Source of the DNA: Guillardia theta CCMP2712 | Lineage: Eukaryota; Protista; Cryptophyta | Assembly (NCBI RefSeq): GCF_000315625.1 | Contig: NW_005434657.1 | Span: 182,355 to 245,915, forward strand | Direction: 5' to 3' | DNA: 63,561 nucleotides | Part shown: positions 51,178 to 62,691 of the stretch, piece after piece | Numbering within the stretch: position 1 is the first letter of the stretch | How the letters are laid out: every line of letters begins with the position of its first letter | Position numbers and translations under genes: made by a program | Notes under the pieces: generated by a model | Databases searched by the model: none | What the model saw: only the letters and a program-made list of their open reading frames with translations | Told to the model about the DNA's origin: nothing

Positions 51178-53262
51178 ATGGCCAAGAGAGTTCGAGAGCT
51201 GGAGGAGGAGGAGACGAGTTCAGCTGTAGAGCAAGAGGCTAGGGGGGTACAAACAAAAGTCATCCAAACAGACCAAGTCATCACTGCTGCAGAGCAAGAG
51301 ATCAAGGGAGTAGTGGACGAGATCAAGGGAGTAGTGGACGAGATCAAGGGAGTCGAGGACGAGATCAATGGAGTAGTGGAAAAGATCAATGGAGTCGAGG
51401 ACGAGATCAAGGGAGTAGTGGACGAGATCAAGGGAGTAGACCAAACCATGGCTGCTGTAGAGCAAGAGATCAGCCAGGCACAAGACCCCAATATGAAGCC
51501 TGTCTTGATCATGAAGCAAACGAAGCTTGAAGGTGAAAAGCAACAGCTTGCGGCCAGAGAGAAACGGCTTCGAGGTGACAAGAGACAGCTTGGAGTTAGA
51601 GAGAGACAGCTTAGAGTTAAAGAGAGACAGCTTCGAGATGACAAGGCAAAGCTTCGAGATAAAGAGGCAAAGCTTCGAGAGGAAATGAAGGAAAAGAAGC
51701 AGGCAGCCTTTACCTGGACAGAGTCAGAAGCTCGGCTTGACGGTATGGGGTTTTGCAAGGAGGAGAAATACTTCCGTCTAGATTGCTCTTACTTATGGGG
51801 CACAAATGTAAACAGCGGAGAGCATCTTCTTCTCTACTGCCGAAAAGCATTCCTGGAGCAGTTCCGTTTCCTGCAAGAGCAAGTGCTAGAGCATGGTGCT
51901 CTTGGATGGATACAAGGCTCTCCAGGAACAGGGAAGACAACAACAACGCTTTCGTTTTGTATGAAGCTGGATAGGAATGAGTGGAGCTTCAAATGCATCA
52001 GGCTGAAGGCCAGAAGCAACACTTGTGTCGTGGAGGTGACAGGCAACAAGAGAAGAACATGCTCATTCGCAAAGGAGTCTGAGGGGAAACAGATGACACT
52101 GTTGCTTGAAGGGTTGTCAGACGGCAAAAGGAGCCTCGTGGTACTCGATGGCTACTTGACACACCAAGAATCTCACATGAGAGCTTTGGTAGCTTGTATC
52201 AGATGGCGGGATGCTGACAGGCAGAATCGACGTCTTGTGGTGGTGACGTCAATGGCTTCTCGAGGAAAGGTCTACGATGAAGAGGATCGAGAGTTGAGGC
52301 TGAAGGAGCACATAGTCCCATCATGGAGGATCGATGAATATCTAGAGGCAGTGCAGTTTGACGAGTTTTACAATAAGGTGGCTCCCACCTTGGAGATGAA
52401 TGCGACAGGAGAGGCTTTGGGTTTCAAGATGACTACACGGCCGAGATCGAAAGAAGAGCGAGTGAGACATAAGCACTACCTCGCAGGTGGGTCATGTCGG
52501 TACATGTTCGACATGACTGCGGCGGAGGTCCTTCGGTCCTTGGATGTTGCGCTTCTATGTGCTCCAAACTTACAAGATCTTTTTCGGGGCCATGTAGGCG
52601 CTTCCTCGGGGGATATGACGAACAGGCTGATTGCTACTATGGTCACTCAGGAGAAGGTGGTCAGGTTTCCTGTGAGCAAGTACGTAGCCAGCAATCTTGC
52701 GGCGTCCGCGGGTGCGGTTGACATGCTGAGAAGAATGTTGACGGCCTTTAGAGGCCTGCGAGCCATGCATGGGTATCTTTTGGAGATGCTCTTTTTCGAG
52801 GAAGTGAGACGAGACCTGAGCATAACTTACCGTGGATCGAGTGAGCCTGAAGTTTTGAAAGCATGCAATCTCGTTGTAATCTTCGATCCGTCACAAGACA
52901 CGGACTCTCTTCCCCACACGAGGGTGTGTCTCAAGCCTATCAGTGAATTTCAAGGTGGCTGGGACGCAATCATTGTAGATCAGGATGACAAGGTCGTGCA
53001 GTTTTTTCAGCTGACGGTTGCGAAGGATCACTCTCTCAAGCTCTCGTATTTCTTGACTGCTCTTAAGGCTCTGGGGATTCCTGCAGGTGAGATATGGACG
53101 ATAAGGATCGTTTTTGTCGTCCCGCCGGAGGATGGAATGTTGTTCCGAATAGCCTCTGTCAAGGATGAAGGAGCGCTAGAGCAGTACATGTGGAAGAAAG
53201 GGGAGGAGCGGTCGATGGTCCAGGTGGCGAGTATTGATTTCAATCGAGGGTTCGTTGGTTAG
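51178..53262 (+). CDS. Crinkler/RHS-type protein copy 3 (694 aa, most divergent)
   Basis: Same motifs; many private substitutions. Confidence 0.85.
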   Translation: MAKRVRELEEEETSSAVEQEARGVQTKVIQTDQVITAAEQEIKGVVDEIKGVVDEIKGVEDEINGVVEKINGVEDEIKGVVDEIKGVDQTMAAVEQEISQAQDPNMKPVLIMKQTKLEGEKQQLAAREKRLRGDKRQLGVRERQLRVKERQLRDDKAKLRDKEAKLREEMKEKKQAAFTWTESEARLDGMGFCKEEKYFRLDCSYLWGTNVNSGEHLLLYCRKAFLEQFRFLQEQVLEHGALGWIQGSPGTGKTTTTLSFCMKLDRNEWSFKCIRLKARSNTCVVEVTGNKRRTCSFAKESEGKQMTLLLEGLSDGKRSLVVLDGYLTHQESHMRALVACIRWRDADRQNRRLVVVTSMASRGKVYDEEDRELRLKEHIVPSWRIDEYLEAVQFDEFYNKVAPTLEMNATGEALGFKMTTRPRSKEERVRHKHYLAGGSCRYMFDMTAAEVLRSLDVALLCAPNLQDLFRGHVGASSGDMTNRLIATMVTQEKVVRFPVSKYVASNLAASAGAVDMLRRMLTAFRGLRAMHGYLLEMLFFEEVRRDLSITYRGSSEPEVLKACNLVVIFDPSQDTDSLPHTRVCLKPISEFQGGWDAIIVDQDDKVVQFFQLTVAKDHSLKLSYFLTALKALGIPAGEIWTIRIVFVVPPEDGMLFRIASVKDEGALEQYMWKKGEERSMVQVASIDFNRGFVG

Positions 53263-53719
53263 TGAAGGGTGGCGAATGAAGATGCCAGGAACTGCTCAGA
53301 TGGCTGAAGATGTGAAGGAAGTAGACCACTCATAGCATGCGCTGAGGCTGAGCCGTCATGCTCACGTACAAGGGGGGATGTGGATAATTTTACTCACAAA
53401 ACTAGTATACAATCCAAATTCACCTATGATTCATATGTTCTGAGTAGTACAGGCCATCACTGAAAACCATAACTTGATAGTAAAATGCGATCGCATCACC
53501 AGCCTCGCCTCTGCTCTTCCTCTGGGTCATGAGGCAGTGCAGGCGCCGCTGGGGGCTCTGAGTCTTCCGAAGCAGGGGCTGCAGGGGGAACTGACTCCAA
53601 GGCTGACTCGCTGACTCGGGTGGGTAGAGATCTACTGCGTAGCTGCCGTGAGCCCGGGAAGAGCTTCCTGAGCCGGGGATAAGTGCGCCCTGGTCAAGGG
53701 AAACTCTGCATGAACCGCC

Positions 53720-54430
53720 CTATGACTGAAGGCTTGGGGGGGATACAGGGTGGCCCGCCCGCGAGTTGAAAGAGAGCAGGCGATACGATCTCGCTGCTCG
53801 GACGTGCGCTATCAGCTCGCCGAGGTCAATATACTCCACGATCAACCCGGGCCTGATGCACCCGCAGGAAGGAAGCTGGTAGGGGAGGAAGGACCAGATC
53901 CGGCTCGTCCGCGTGACGGAGGGTACCATCCAGCCGAGAGAACAGAGGAGGGGGCGAGAATGTCCAGGTCTGCACACAGGTAGATGAAGAAAGCAAACTC
54001 CAGTGGGGACAAAACTGAAGGGCTGGCCGAGCTCAGGTTGACGTCCGAGCCTCCGTCAGACAAGGGCAAGGTTTTTCGTCCTGAAGAACACTCTGATCGA
54101 AAGCGGCATATGCATCACTCACCATCTCAGGATCGCTGCCCCTTAAGAAGTACTGCAAATTGGGAGGTGAGTAGCACGGATAAGGTGTTTGCGTGCTTGT
54201 GGAGGTCATCGTCAAGAGCCGCGAGCTTTTCCTCAAGCCAGTTTCTGATGAAGCCCCTATAGCCCATAAGTATGCCTCCTTCTACGACCCCCTCCAGCTC
54301 GACTGAAGCTCCGCAAGTGCGCAAACTCTTTCAATCCACAAAAATGCACTCAGCGACTCCTGCACAGAAGTGCCGCGGGCTGCGCCGTTCAGTCACGGCA
54401 CTGTGGCAGGTCCATTCATCACTGATCACA
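53720..54430 (-). pseudogene. Degraded coding fragment of unknown family; its 3' part is also present in copies 1 and 2
   Basis: Coding-like pieces GYRGFIRNWLEEKLAALDDDLHKH, EFAFFIYLCADLDIL, PGLIVEYIDLGELIAHV, broken by stops and frameshifts. Confidence 0.35.
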
Positions 54431-54475
54431 TGCCGCTGGCCTAATCCTGCGCGTCAGTTCGACCCAGTCGAAGTC

Positions 54476-54688
54476 GTGAGTTAAGAACAGTACAAGCTGT
54501 GAGTTAAGAACAGTACAAGCTGTGAGTTAAGAACAGTACAAGCTGTGAGTTAAGAACAGTACAAGCTGTGAGTTAAGAACAGTACAAGCTGTGAGTTAAG
54601 AACAGTACAAGCTGTGAGTTAAGAACAGTACAAGCTGTGAGTTAAGAACAGTACAAGCTGTGAGTTAAGAACAGTACAAGCTGTGAGT
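54476..54688. repeat. Perfect 23-bp tandem array GTGAGTTAAGAACAGTACAAGCT x9 + partial
   Basis: Direct count; no spacers and no mismatches. Confidence 0.97.
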
Positions 54689-55190
54689 CACGGAACCCGC
54701 CTGAACTCTATTATGAACTCAAGGCGGGTCTGATATCGATCGTAGATTATGAACTCCCTGTACTTCTTCAGGAAGGCTCCAGGATGGGTCGCCTTGGTGA
54801 CTCCGATGACCGAGTTATACCCTGACGGCGCCAGTCTCTGTTGATTCATCGCGTTTAGAGCTTCATAAGGCCTCCCCAGCATAGCTCGGATCAGGAACAT
54901 GTAGCAAAGGCCAGTTGAGTTGGGCGTGCAGTACTCGTCACTCTTGCTAGAGTTCTCCGCCAGATAGATCCCCGCTCCAAACAAGCCATTCATATCGAAG
55001 CGTCGCTCGTCAAGTCCCTCAGCACTCACGATAGAGTCTATGTTGTTCTCCTTGGTGTCATGAAACAGCAAGTGGGTTCCCCCTGATAACCCTTGTGTGT
55101 CAGGTGCTTGTTGTCTCGCCCTTGCCCCATGTATTTCGGTTTACATGTCGACGACGTGAGCTCTTGCATCCTGTCTCTCTGATACAGGTG
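54688..55190 (-). pseudogene. PARP/tankyrase-like ADP-ribosyltransferase catalytic domain, probably disrupted
   Basis: LLFHDT...GLDER..MNGLFGAGIYLAENSSKSDEYC..MFLIRAMLG..APSGYNSVIG..YREFIIYDRYQ (H-Y-E triad). The upstream piece is in another frame. Confidence 0.85.
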
Positions 55191-55799
55191 TGACATCTCG
55201 CTATCTCGCTCTCCTCGCCGTTGTTCTCTCTCCTTGCGTTCCCGTTCCTCCTTCTCCTTGCTTTCCTTCTCACTTTTCCTCTCGCTTTTTCGACCTTTGA
55301 AATGACACAGCTCGGGAGTTTCAATCAAAGTCTGAGAGACAAGGTGCCCTTGGGGGGGATGAAAGGAGCTCCGAAAGACGTGGGGCGAAAGCATGCTGCT
55401 TGAAGAAAGCCTGAGGCAAATCAGAGCAGACGCTCTTGTTGGCGGCCGTCTGACAAGCTTCTCCTTGTCTTCTATAGGCCCGGGGTCACGGAGGTTTGGT
55501 GGCACCGGGCCGGATTCACTGAGTTAAAATGGTTAGCTAATAAAGATTTCACTGGACTGCCCGACAATGCTGGTCATGTGAGAACCGTGGTGAGGGGATG
55601 CGGCAAGGATGCGGGAGAGACAGAGAGGGGATCAATGCAGCAAGGGCTAGAGAGGGAGGGACGAGGGAGGATGGGACCGTGGGAGAGACAAAGGGAGGGA
55701 GGCAGACGAGATTCATACGGGATCATGGTGAAGTTTTCAACCAGTTCATCTTTGGATCACTATCCAACCATCTATATCTCACCAGAACTTATGTTGCCT

Positions 55800-57827
55800 C
55801 AGTGTCTGACGTCCTGCATAGCTGGCGCTATCCCCTGCTGCTCTCTTTGTTATCAGCCGCAGCTGCATTTGGTAGGATGGGGAGGAATGATAACTTCCAC
55901 TGAGATGTTACCTAGAAAATTGTTGGAACCTTGCACCATGGCATCGCTTCAGACGTTGCAATGTGCACAAAAGCTTACAAGCCGCCATGAAGAGGAACGA
56001 TGCTCTTTGATTCCCATCTCAACGTTCAGCTCTGGCTTACAACCTGGACAGGGGAACACTGGGAAACACCGTCACGATGCAGTCTACCATCAGAGAAGTC
56101 AGAGCAAGAGAGATCCTAGACTCAAGTAAGGATTCAGAGTCTCTGCATGCCCAGCACGGGTCACAAGTTCCTGTCGGCAGGAGGAAACCCTACGGTCGAA
56201 GTTGATCTGCAAACATCCCTAGGGACTTTCAGGTAAGAAAAGTTTGCAGCTGACCTGTGGAATATGGCGGGGGATGGTAAGGGAACACCCACGGCAGAGC
56301 CTCAGTGCCCAGCGGAGCTTCAACGGGGGAGTACGAGGCTGTGGAGTTGAGGGATCAAGATAGAAATCGGTAGAGACTATCAGGTGCTGGTCGTGCGAGG
56401 GACTGATGTGAGGGGTATGAAGGTTTGGAGGGAAAGGTGTTCTGAAGGCTGTGAAGAATGTCAACGAAATCATTCGGCCGGTAAGGAGTCAAAGAGGATG
56501 CGTTGATGTTGTTGATATATGATGAGATGTGTCATGCGTTGATGTTGTTGATATATGATGAGATGTGTCATGCGTTGTTGTTGTTGATATATGATGAGAT
56601 GTGTCATGATCATGATCGTGATCAAGGCGCACCTGCGTTCCTCTTGACCATTTTTCATCACAGGCTCTCGTTGGGGAACAATGCTCTTGTCAGATTCTCA
56701 TCGATAACAAACTCATGTGACTCCTCCTCCTCCTCCTCCTTCTCCTCCTCCTTCTCCTCCTCCTCCTCCTCCTCCTCCTCCTCCTCCTCCTCCTCCTCCT
56801 CCTCCTCTTTTTCTAGATGCTGCTACCTTGCATTTTCTTCTTTCACTTCCCCTTTCTCCCACTATCTTTGAGAATCTGATTCCATCGGGAAGAGCTTTGG
56901 ATGGAACGCAACAAAAAGAGACTTTAGGAGCCAATGCAATCTTAGCGGCCTCTCTTGCTGCCTGCAAGGTGTACATGGCCCCCTCCCTCAAACTCACCTA
57001 TCGGATTCCACAACCACAGCACTGTTCGATGACACTCTCATTCTCTAGATTCTTCACCACTCTACCTCCCTCTCCTCCCTCTCCTCCCTCTCCTCCCTCT
57101 CCTCCCTCTCCTTCCTCTCCTCCTTCCTCTCCTCTTCCTTCACCACCACCACATGCCCCCTCTACTTTTCTTCCTCACCCTTTCCCCTTCTCCACTAATT
57201 CGTGTTCTTCCTCCCCTTGATCGATCTCTCCCCTGTCGCTCATCACATGGAGAGCAGGCTGGAGCTGCTGCACATCAACTGGAATATTTCGAGTCAGCCC
57301 CTCACAATCAGCAGCTCACCCGCTGAAGTGCTGTATCAGGTACATCAGCCAGCTCGCAGGAACGAAGGAAATGGTTGAAAGTGTTCTACTTGCTCCTCCT
57401 CTCACTCCCTTTCAGTCTCTCCCCATTCCATGGATGAACGTGATAAATGGCGGGCAGCACGCTGGAAATCGTCTGCAGATGCAGGTGGGACTTGTTTTAC
57501 CTTGCAGAGTTTGCGCTTCCTCCTCATAGTCAGCTAGGAGTTTATGGTTGCCCCTGTTGGAGCTGAGAATTTCCAAGAGGCGATGAGGTGAATTCTTGCC
57601 TTGTCTTCTCCGTCTGTTCGAAAAGTTTCATCACGAAATCTGTCATGCAGGATGGGCTCGGAGGTCTACCACACGCTGAGGAAGATCATCATCGACAAAC
57701 ATGGGCCAGCCGCGGCTTCGATCGGTGAGATCCTGTGAGAGATGGGACAGTAGTTGAAGAAGTTGTTTGTTCACCATTCTTGACTTGATGAGCAGGTGAC
57801 GAGGGGGGTTTTGCTCCTGATGTCGAG
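55800..57827 (+). CDS. ENO: Enolase, continuing copy (3' end lost in the assembly gap at 58221)
   Basis: Same 5' exons plus [34 protein letters not shown]|[17 protein letters not shown]|[10 protein letters not shown]|GDEGGFAP. Confidence 0.92.
56498..56605. repeat. 36-bp tandem repeat x3 in an enolase intron (single unit in copies 1 and 2)
   Basis: ATGCGTTGATGTTGTTGATATATGATGAGATGTGTC. Confidence 0.9.
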
Positions 57828-58056
57828 GTGTGCTAGCTCAATCATACACTTATCAACAACAAGAATTGTTGGTCCAACCATGTTTCTTTTGAAGATCTTC
57901 TTCAAACTCTTCTTTTCTTCCCTCATTTAATGTTTGTCACGTCTTAGCTATCCTTCTCGCCTTCTCCTCGTCCTCCCCTTCGTCATCGTCTCCTGCTCCC
58001 ATTCTTTCTTTACCAAAAGAATCATCATCACGATATGCATCATCTGCTTCACATTA

Positions 58057-58200
<144 letters not shown>

Positions 58201-58339
58201 CCACTACCCCGACCACCCCANNNNNNNNNNNNNNNNNNNNNNNNNNNNNNNNNNNNNNNNNNNNNNNNNNNNNNNNNNNNNNNNNNNNNNNNNNNNNNNN
58301 NNNNNNNNNNNNNNNNNNNNGAGAGGAGGAGGAGGAGGA

Positions 58340-61300
58340 AACCTGAGGCCCGATGATGAGCTCCTTGACCTCATTGAGGGAGAGATGACGAGTCTCCACC
58401 TGCCCAGCCATGAGCAGCAAACGGAGGAAGGAAAGAGGGGGGGAGGAAATGAAGTGTTGGAGGAGGAGAAGAGGAGAAGTGGAGGACCAGAAGGGTAAGA
58501 GTAAAGATGGTGGAGATTATGGGAGAGGAGGAGAGGAGGTCAAGAACGAGTGGCAAGAGGGCGAGGAGAGTGAAAGGAGAGCGAAACGATGATCAAAGAG
58601 CATGAAAGGAGGAGGAAGCTCATCCTCTGACCTCGTTAACTGCACAAAGAGAGTCGCCAAGCTTCACCAGATCCGTCCTGACAAGAAACCAGATCAAAGG
58701 AGGATCGGAGAGCAGAAGAGGAGGGGAGGAAGGAAGCGGGGGAGAGTGGAAGGGAAGAAAGGTGAGAAACGAGACAGAAAGGAAGCAGAAAAAGAACAGG
58801 TAGAAGATCAGGGTAAGACATTGTATGAGAGTTTACCTCAATCTTCCATCATCTGCAGAGACGAGAGCTTGAATGTAGAGGACGGAGAAAGGAAAGTGTT
58901 CCTCTGACAAGAGAACATTCAGATGGTAGGGAGAGGAATGAAGGGATGATTAAGAGAAAAGATAACCTATCCTCATTCCAACTCCTTTCCAACTGCAAAG
59001 AGAAACATGGGTCATGTTCCTTCATGTCAAGTCCCATACCGCCAACCTCCTGCGAAGAGCGACGCTTGCTGACTGCACTTCCCGTAGTCTCCTCTCTGCT
59101 TCTGCAATCTTTTGTCGACAGTCAACCCCTCTTGTTTGCTGTCGAACAAAACATCGCCCTCACTTTGTTGTTGCCCATCATTGCTTCGTTCCTCATGTTG
59201 GCGATCTCCCGAGCAAGCGCAAGATCTGCAGTGAGCAAATCTTCCTGTGATGACAAAGGGGAGAGTGAGCTCAGACAGGCTGAAGGTGACGCTGCTACCG
59301 TCTTCCTTGCTACGAGATCGTTCTCGTTGTTCCTCAGGATCATCTCTTGCCTCTGTTCAGAATGTCTCATCTCAACATCAGTTGGAGGTGTAAGCAGCGG
59401 CAAACCTCGAGCTGTTTCCGAGACTGCAATGAAGTTTCCTTCTCCAGCCTTTTCCTCAACTCTGCATGAAGCCTTCAGTCAGACCTCCTACCACAAGAGC
59501 AGAATCACCTTCTGCCTCCGCCTTGCTCGCTCTCAGCTCCTCTTCTAGGGTCCTTCGTGCCTGCAACTGCCCGCGAGCAAAGAGGTCAGGAAGAGGTTGC
59601 CGCAAGAAAGCACAGAAATGCAACGAAGCATCAACGATTCGGGGGCAAACAAGAAGGATTGCTCGATGACAAGGAGCGATCACAAGTCAAGTCATGAGAA
59701 ACCAGAAGCAAGATGAAGAAGAGTTCTGCTTGCTGACCTCCAGCTCAGCTTGTCTCCCAGACTCCATCGCCATCTTCATAAGCCGCTCATTCTCATTTTC
59801 CATCTTCTGCTTCTCAAGCTTCTGCTCCTCCTCCATCCTAGTGATCCGGTCGGAAAGATCGTCGAAACGTTTCAATAGGGTGGACAGCATCTCCTCGTCA
59901 AACACAGTTCCAAGACACTGACTGGTCCCATCATGATACAACTTCCTTGCTGCCTCTACCTTGCCCGACATCAGAAGGTCATCAGCTTCTTGTACGAGAC
60001 CATCTAGCCACGACATCAATGATTCGCGAGCCTTTAGTTGCTCCTCCTCCTCGATCTGCCCCGCCAGCGCCTTCAGCTCCCTCTGCTTGTCTGCACCGGC
60101 CTTCTCGTACTCGCTCGTTGCCTGCCGTACAAGCTCCCGTGCTGCCTCTACCTCCCCTGACCCCAGCGCTGTCTCCGCCTTCTTCATCAGCTCGTCTCCC
60201 TCCTTCACAAGCGCCGCCCGCCTCCTCGCCTCCTCTGCCTCCTCGATCTGCCCCGCCAGCGCCTTCAGCTCCCTCTGCTTGTCTGCACCGGCCTTCTCGT
60301 ACTCGCTCGTTGCCTGCCGTACAAGCTCCCGTGCTGCCTCTACCTCCCCTGACCCCAGCGCTGTCTCCGCCTTCTTCATCAGCTCGTCTCCCTCCTTCAC
60401 AAGTGCCGCCCGCCTCCTCGCCTCCTCTGCCTCCTCGATCTGCCCCGCCAGCGCCTTCAGCTCCCTCTGCTTTGTCTGCACCGGCCTTCTCGTACTCGCT
60501 CGTTGCCTGCCGTACAAGCTCCCGTGCTGCCTCTACCTCCCCTGACCCCAGCGCTGTCTCCGCCTTCTTCATCAGCTCGTCTCCCTCCTTCACAAGCGCC
60601 GCCCGCCTCCTCGCCTCCTCTGCCTCCTCGATCTGCCCCGCCAGCGCCTTCAGCTCCCTCTGCTTGTCTGCACCGGCCTTCTCGTACTCGCTCGTTGCCT
60701 GTCGTACAAGCTCCCGTGCTGCCTCTACCTCCCCTGACCCCAGCGCTGTCTCCGCCTTCTTCATCAGCTCGTCTCCCTCCTTCACAAGCGCCGCCCGCCT
60801 CCTCGCCTCCTCTGCCTCCTCGATCTGCCCCGCCAGCGCCTTCAGCTCCCTCTGCTTGTCTGCACCGGCCTTCTCGTACTCGCTCGTTGCCTGTCGTACA
60901 AGCTCCCGTGNNNNNNNNNNNNNNNNNNNNNNNNNNNNNNNNNNNNNNNNNNNNNNNNNNNNNNNNNNNNNNNNNNNNNNNNNNNNNNNNNNNNNNNNNN
61001 NNNNNNNNNNNNNNNNNNNNNNNNNNNNNNNNNNCAGCTCCCTCTGCTTGTCTGCACCGGCCTTCTCGTACTCGCTCGTTGCCTGCCGTACAAGCTCCCG
61101 TGCTGCCTCTACCTCCCCTGACCCCAGCGCTGTCTCCGCCTTCTTCATCAGCTCGTCTCCCTCCTTCACAAGCGCCGCCCGCCTCCTCGCCTCCTCTGCC
61201 TCCTCGATCTGCCCCGCCAGCGCCTTCAGCTCCCTCTGCTTGTCTGCACCGGCCTTCTCGTACTCGCTCGTTGCCTGTCGTACAAGCTCCCGTGCTGCCT

Positions 61301-62234
61301 CTACCTCCCCTGACCCCAGCGCTGTCTCCGCCTTCTTCATCAGCTCGTCTCCCTCCTTCACAAGCGCCGCCCGCCTCCTCGCCTCCTCTGCCTCCTCGAT
61401 CTGCCCCGCCAGCGCCTTCAGCTCCCTCTGCTTGTCTGCACCGGCCTTCTCGTACTCGCTCGTTGCCTGCCGTACAAGCTCCCGTGCTGCCTCTACCTCC
61501 CCTGACCCCAGCGCTGTCTCCGCCTTCTTCATCAGCTCGTCTCCCTCCTTCACAAGCGCCGCCCGCCTCCTCGCCTCCTCTGCCTCCTCGATCTGCCCCG
61601 CCAGCGCCTTCAGCTCCCTCTGCTTGTCTGCACCGGCCTTCTCGTACTCGCTCGTTGCCTGCCGTACAAGCTCCCGTGCTTCTTCAAGTTGTTCATTCTG
61701 AAGTGCTACCTGTGCCTTGTTTACAAGTTTGTCTGCATTGGAGATCATTTCCATAGTTGCCATTTGTTCTTCTTTGGCCTTGAGATCATGCAGGAGCTGT
61801 TTGAAGGACAGCTGCAGCTCTTCAGAGTACTTGCCAAGGTTGTCTTCTTCCTTGTCGTAGATCTTCTGTGCCAACTTCAACTTCCCGCTATAAATGTGTT
61901 CCTGAGCAGCAGCGAGAGCTTGTTTGGCTGCCTTTTCCATCTGTTCCTGTTCACTGTCCTGCTTCTTCACAAATTCCATAGCTCGGTCTTTTGCATTCAC
62001 ATCAGATGTAAGAGATCCCAACTCTCTCATTCTCTCCTGTTTGGTGACGAGGTTCGAAGCTTCCTCTTCCGCTTGGAACTCGCTTGCCCTCTCCTTCGCC
62101 TTCACCGAGGAAGTGAGAGACTCTACTTCCGCCATGCGATCACTCTTGTTCTCATTCGCATCCTCTCCTTCTTCCTTCCGCCATTCCGAGCGCTTTGGCG
62201 CCCACTTTTTCCCCTTCTTTGAACTATCTGCCAT
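58340..62234 (-). CDS. Large helical protein with ~8-9 near-identical 64-aa repeats; multi-exon C-terminus; one frameshift at ~60471
   Basis: ORF 62234->60471 continues in the frame of the 59687 ORF; further exons to ~58340; N gap inside the array. Confidence 0.75.
60047..61680. repeat. 192-bp coding tandem repeat
   Basis: Motif CCGCCAGCGCCTTCAGCTCC recurs at 60061 and 60253 (period 192). Confidence 0.95.
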
Positions 62235-62691
62235 GTCGATTCGCTGGTATCCATTCAGCCCGCCTCAGTATGAAATATATGAAGCCATGATCCTGCGGGC
62301 AGGGGACTCCTCACTCACTCGGACAGTTTTATGACTTCAGTAATTTAGGCGGCCCGCCGCGCGGCGGGTGCCATGGACGGAGTCCGGGTCTGCCAGCGGC
62401 ACTGCGTGACGCTCTTTTGATTGTCCTCGCAATGATTTTTAACTTAACTTTGAGTAAAAGCCGATTCCACTGCCAGGCTGAGCAGGGCCGCCCGGCCGCC
62501 GCGCGCCCGGAAGTACCGTTCGTTACAGGAGTCCGGCGATCATCAATGATGCCATGACGGTGACCGTCAGACAAGTTACAGTACGGTACTCGCCGGGTCA
62601 ACTCTGGCAGCCGAGTCAATTTCATTCTGAAGTTCATCATGATCCGTCACTGAGTCACTCAGGCTTAGAGTTCACTCAGTCACTGGCACGC

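Larger units (their letters stand above)
36183..57028. repeat. Tandem segmental amplification A-B-A-B'-A (A starts ~36183, ~43432, ~51038; A ends 41553, 48805, 57028)
   Basis: Near-identical ORFs recur at ~7.2-7.6 kb spacing. Shared sequence begins at TTTTCGC..AGTCCAATT and ends at CAGCACTGTTCG. Confidence 0.95.

Noticed and set aside
54476-54688. CRISPR array
   Set aside because: Units are contiguous with no spacers, there are no cas genes, and the context is eukaryotic
36183-57028. Helitron or Pack-MULE capturing gene fragments
   Set aside because: No Rep/helicase or DDE transposase, no TIRs, and no convincing TC...hairpin-CTRR termini at the unit boundaries
60465-60480. Programmed frameshift in the repeat protein
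   Set aside because: A single extra T in one of many identical units near a gap; sequencing error or mutation is more likely, and no slippery heptamer was seen
59947-61756. Long Pro/Ser/Ala-rich plus-strand ORFs
   Set aside because: Antisense frames of the 192-bp coding repeat
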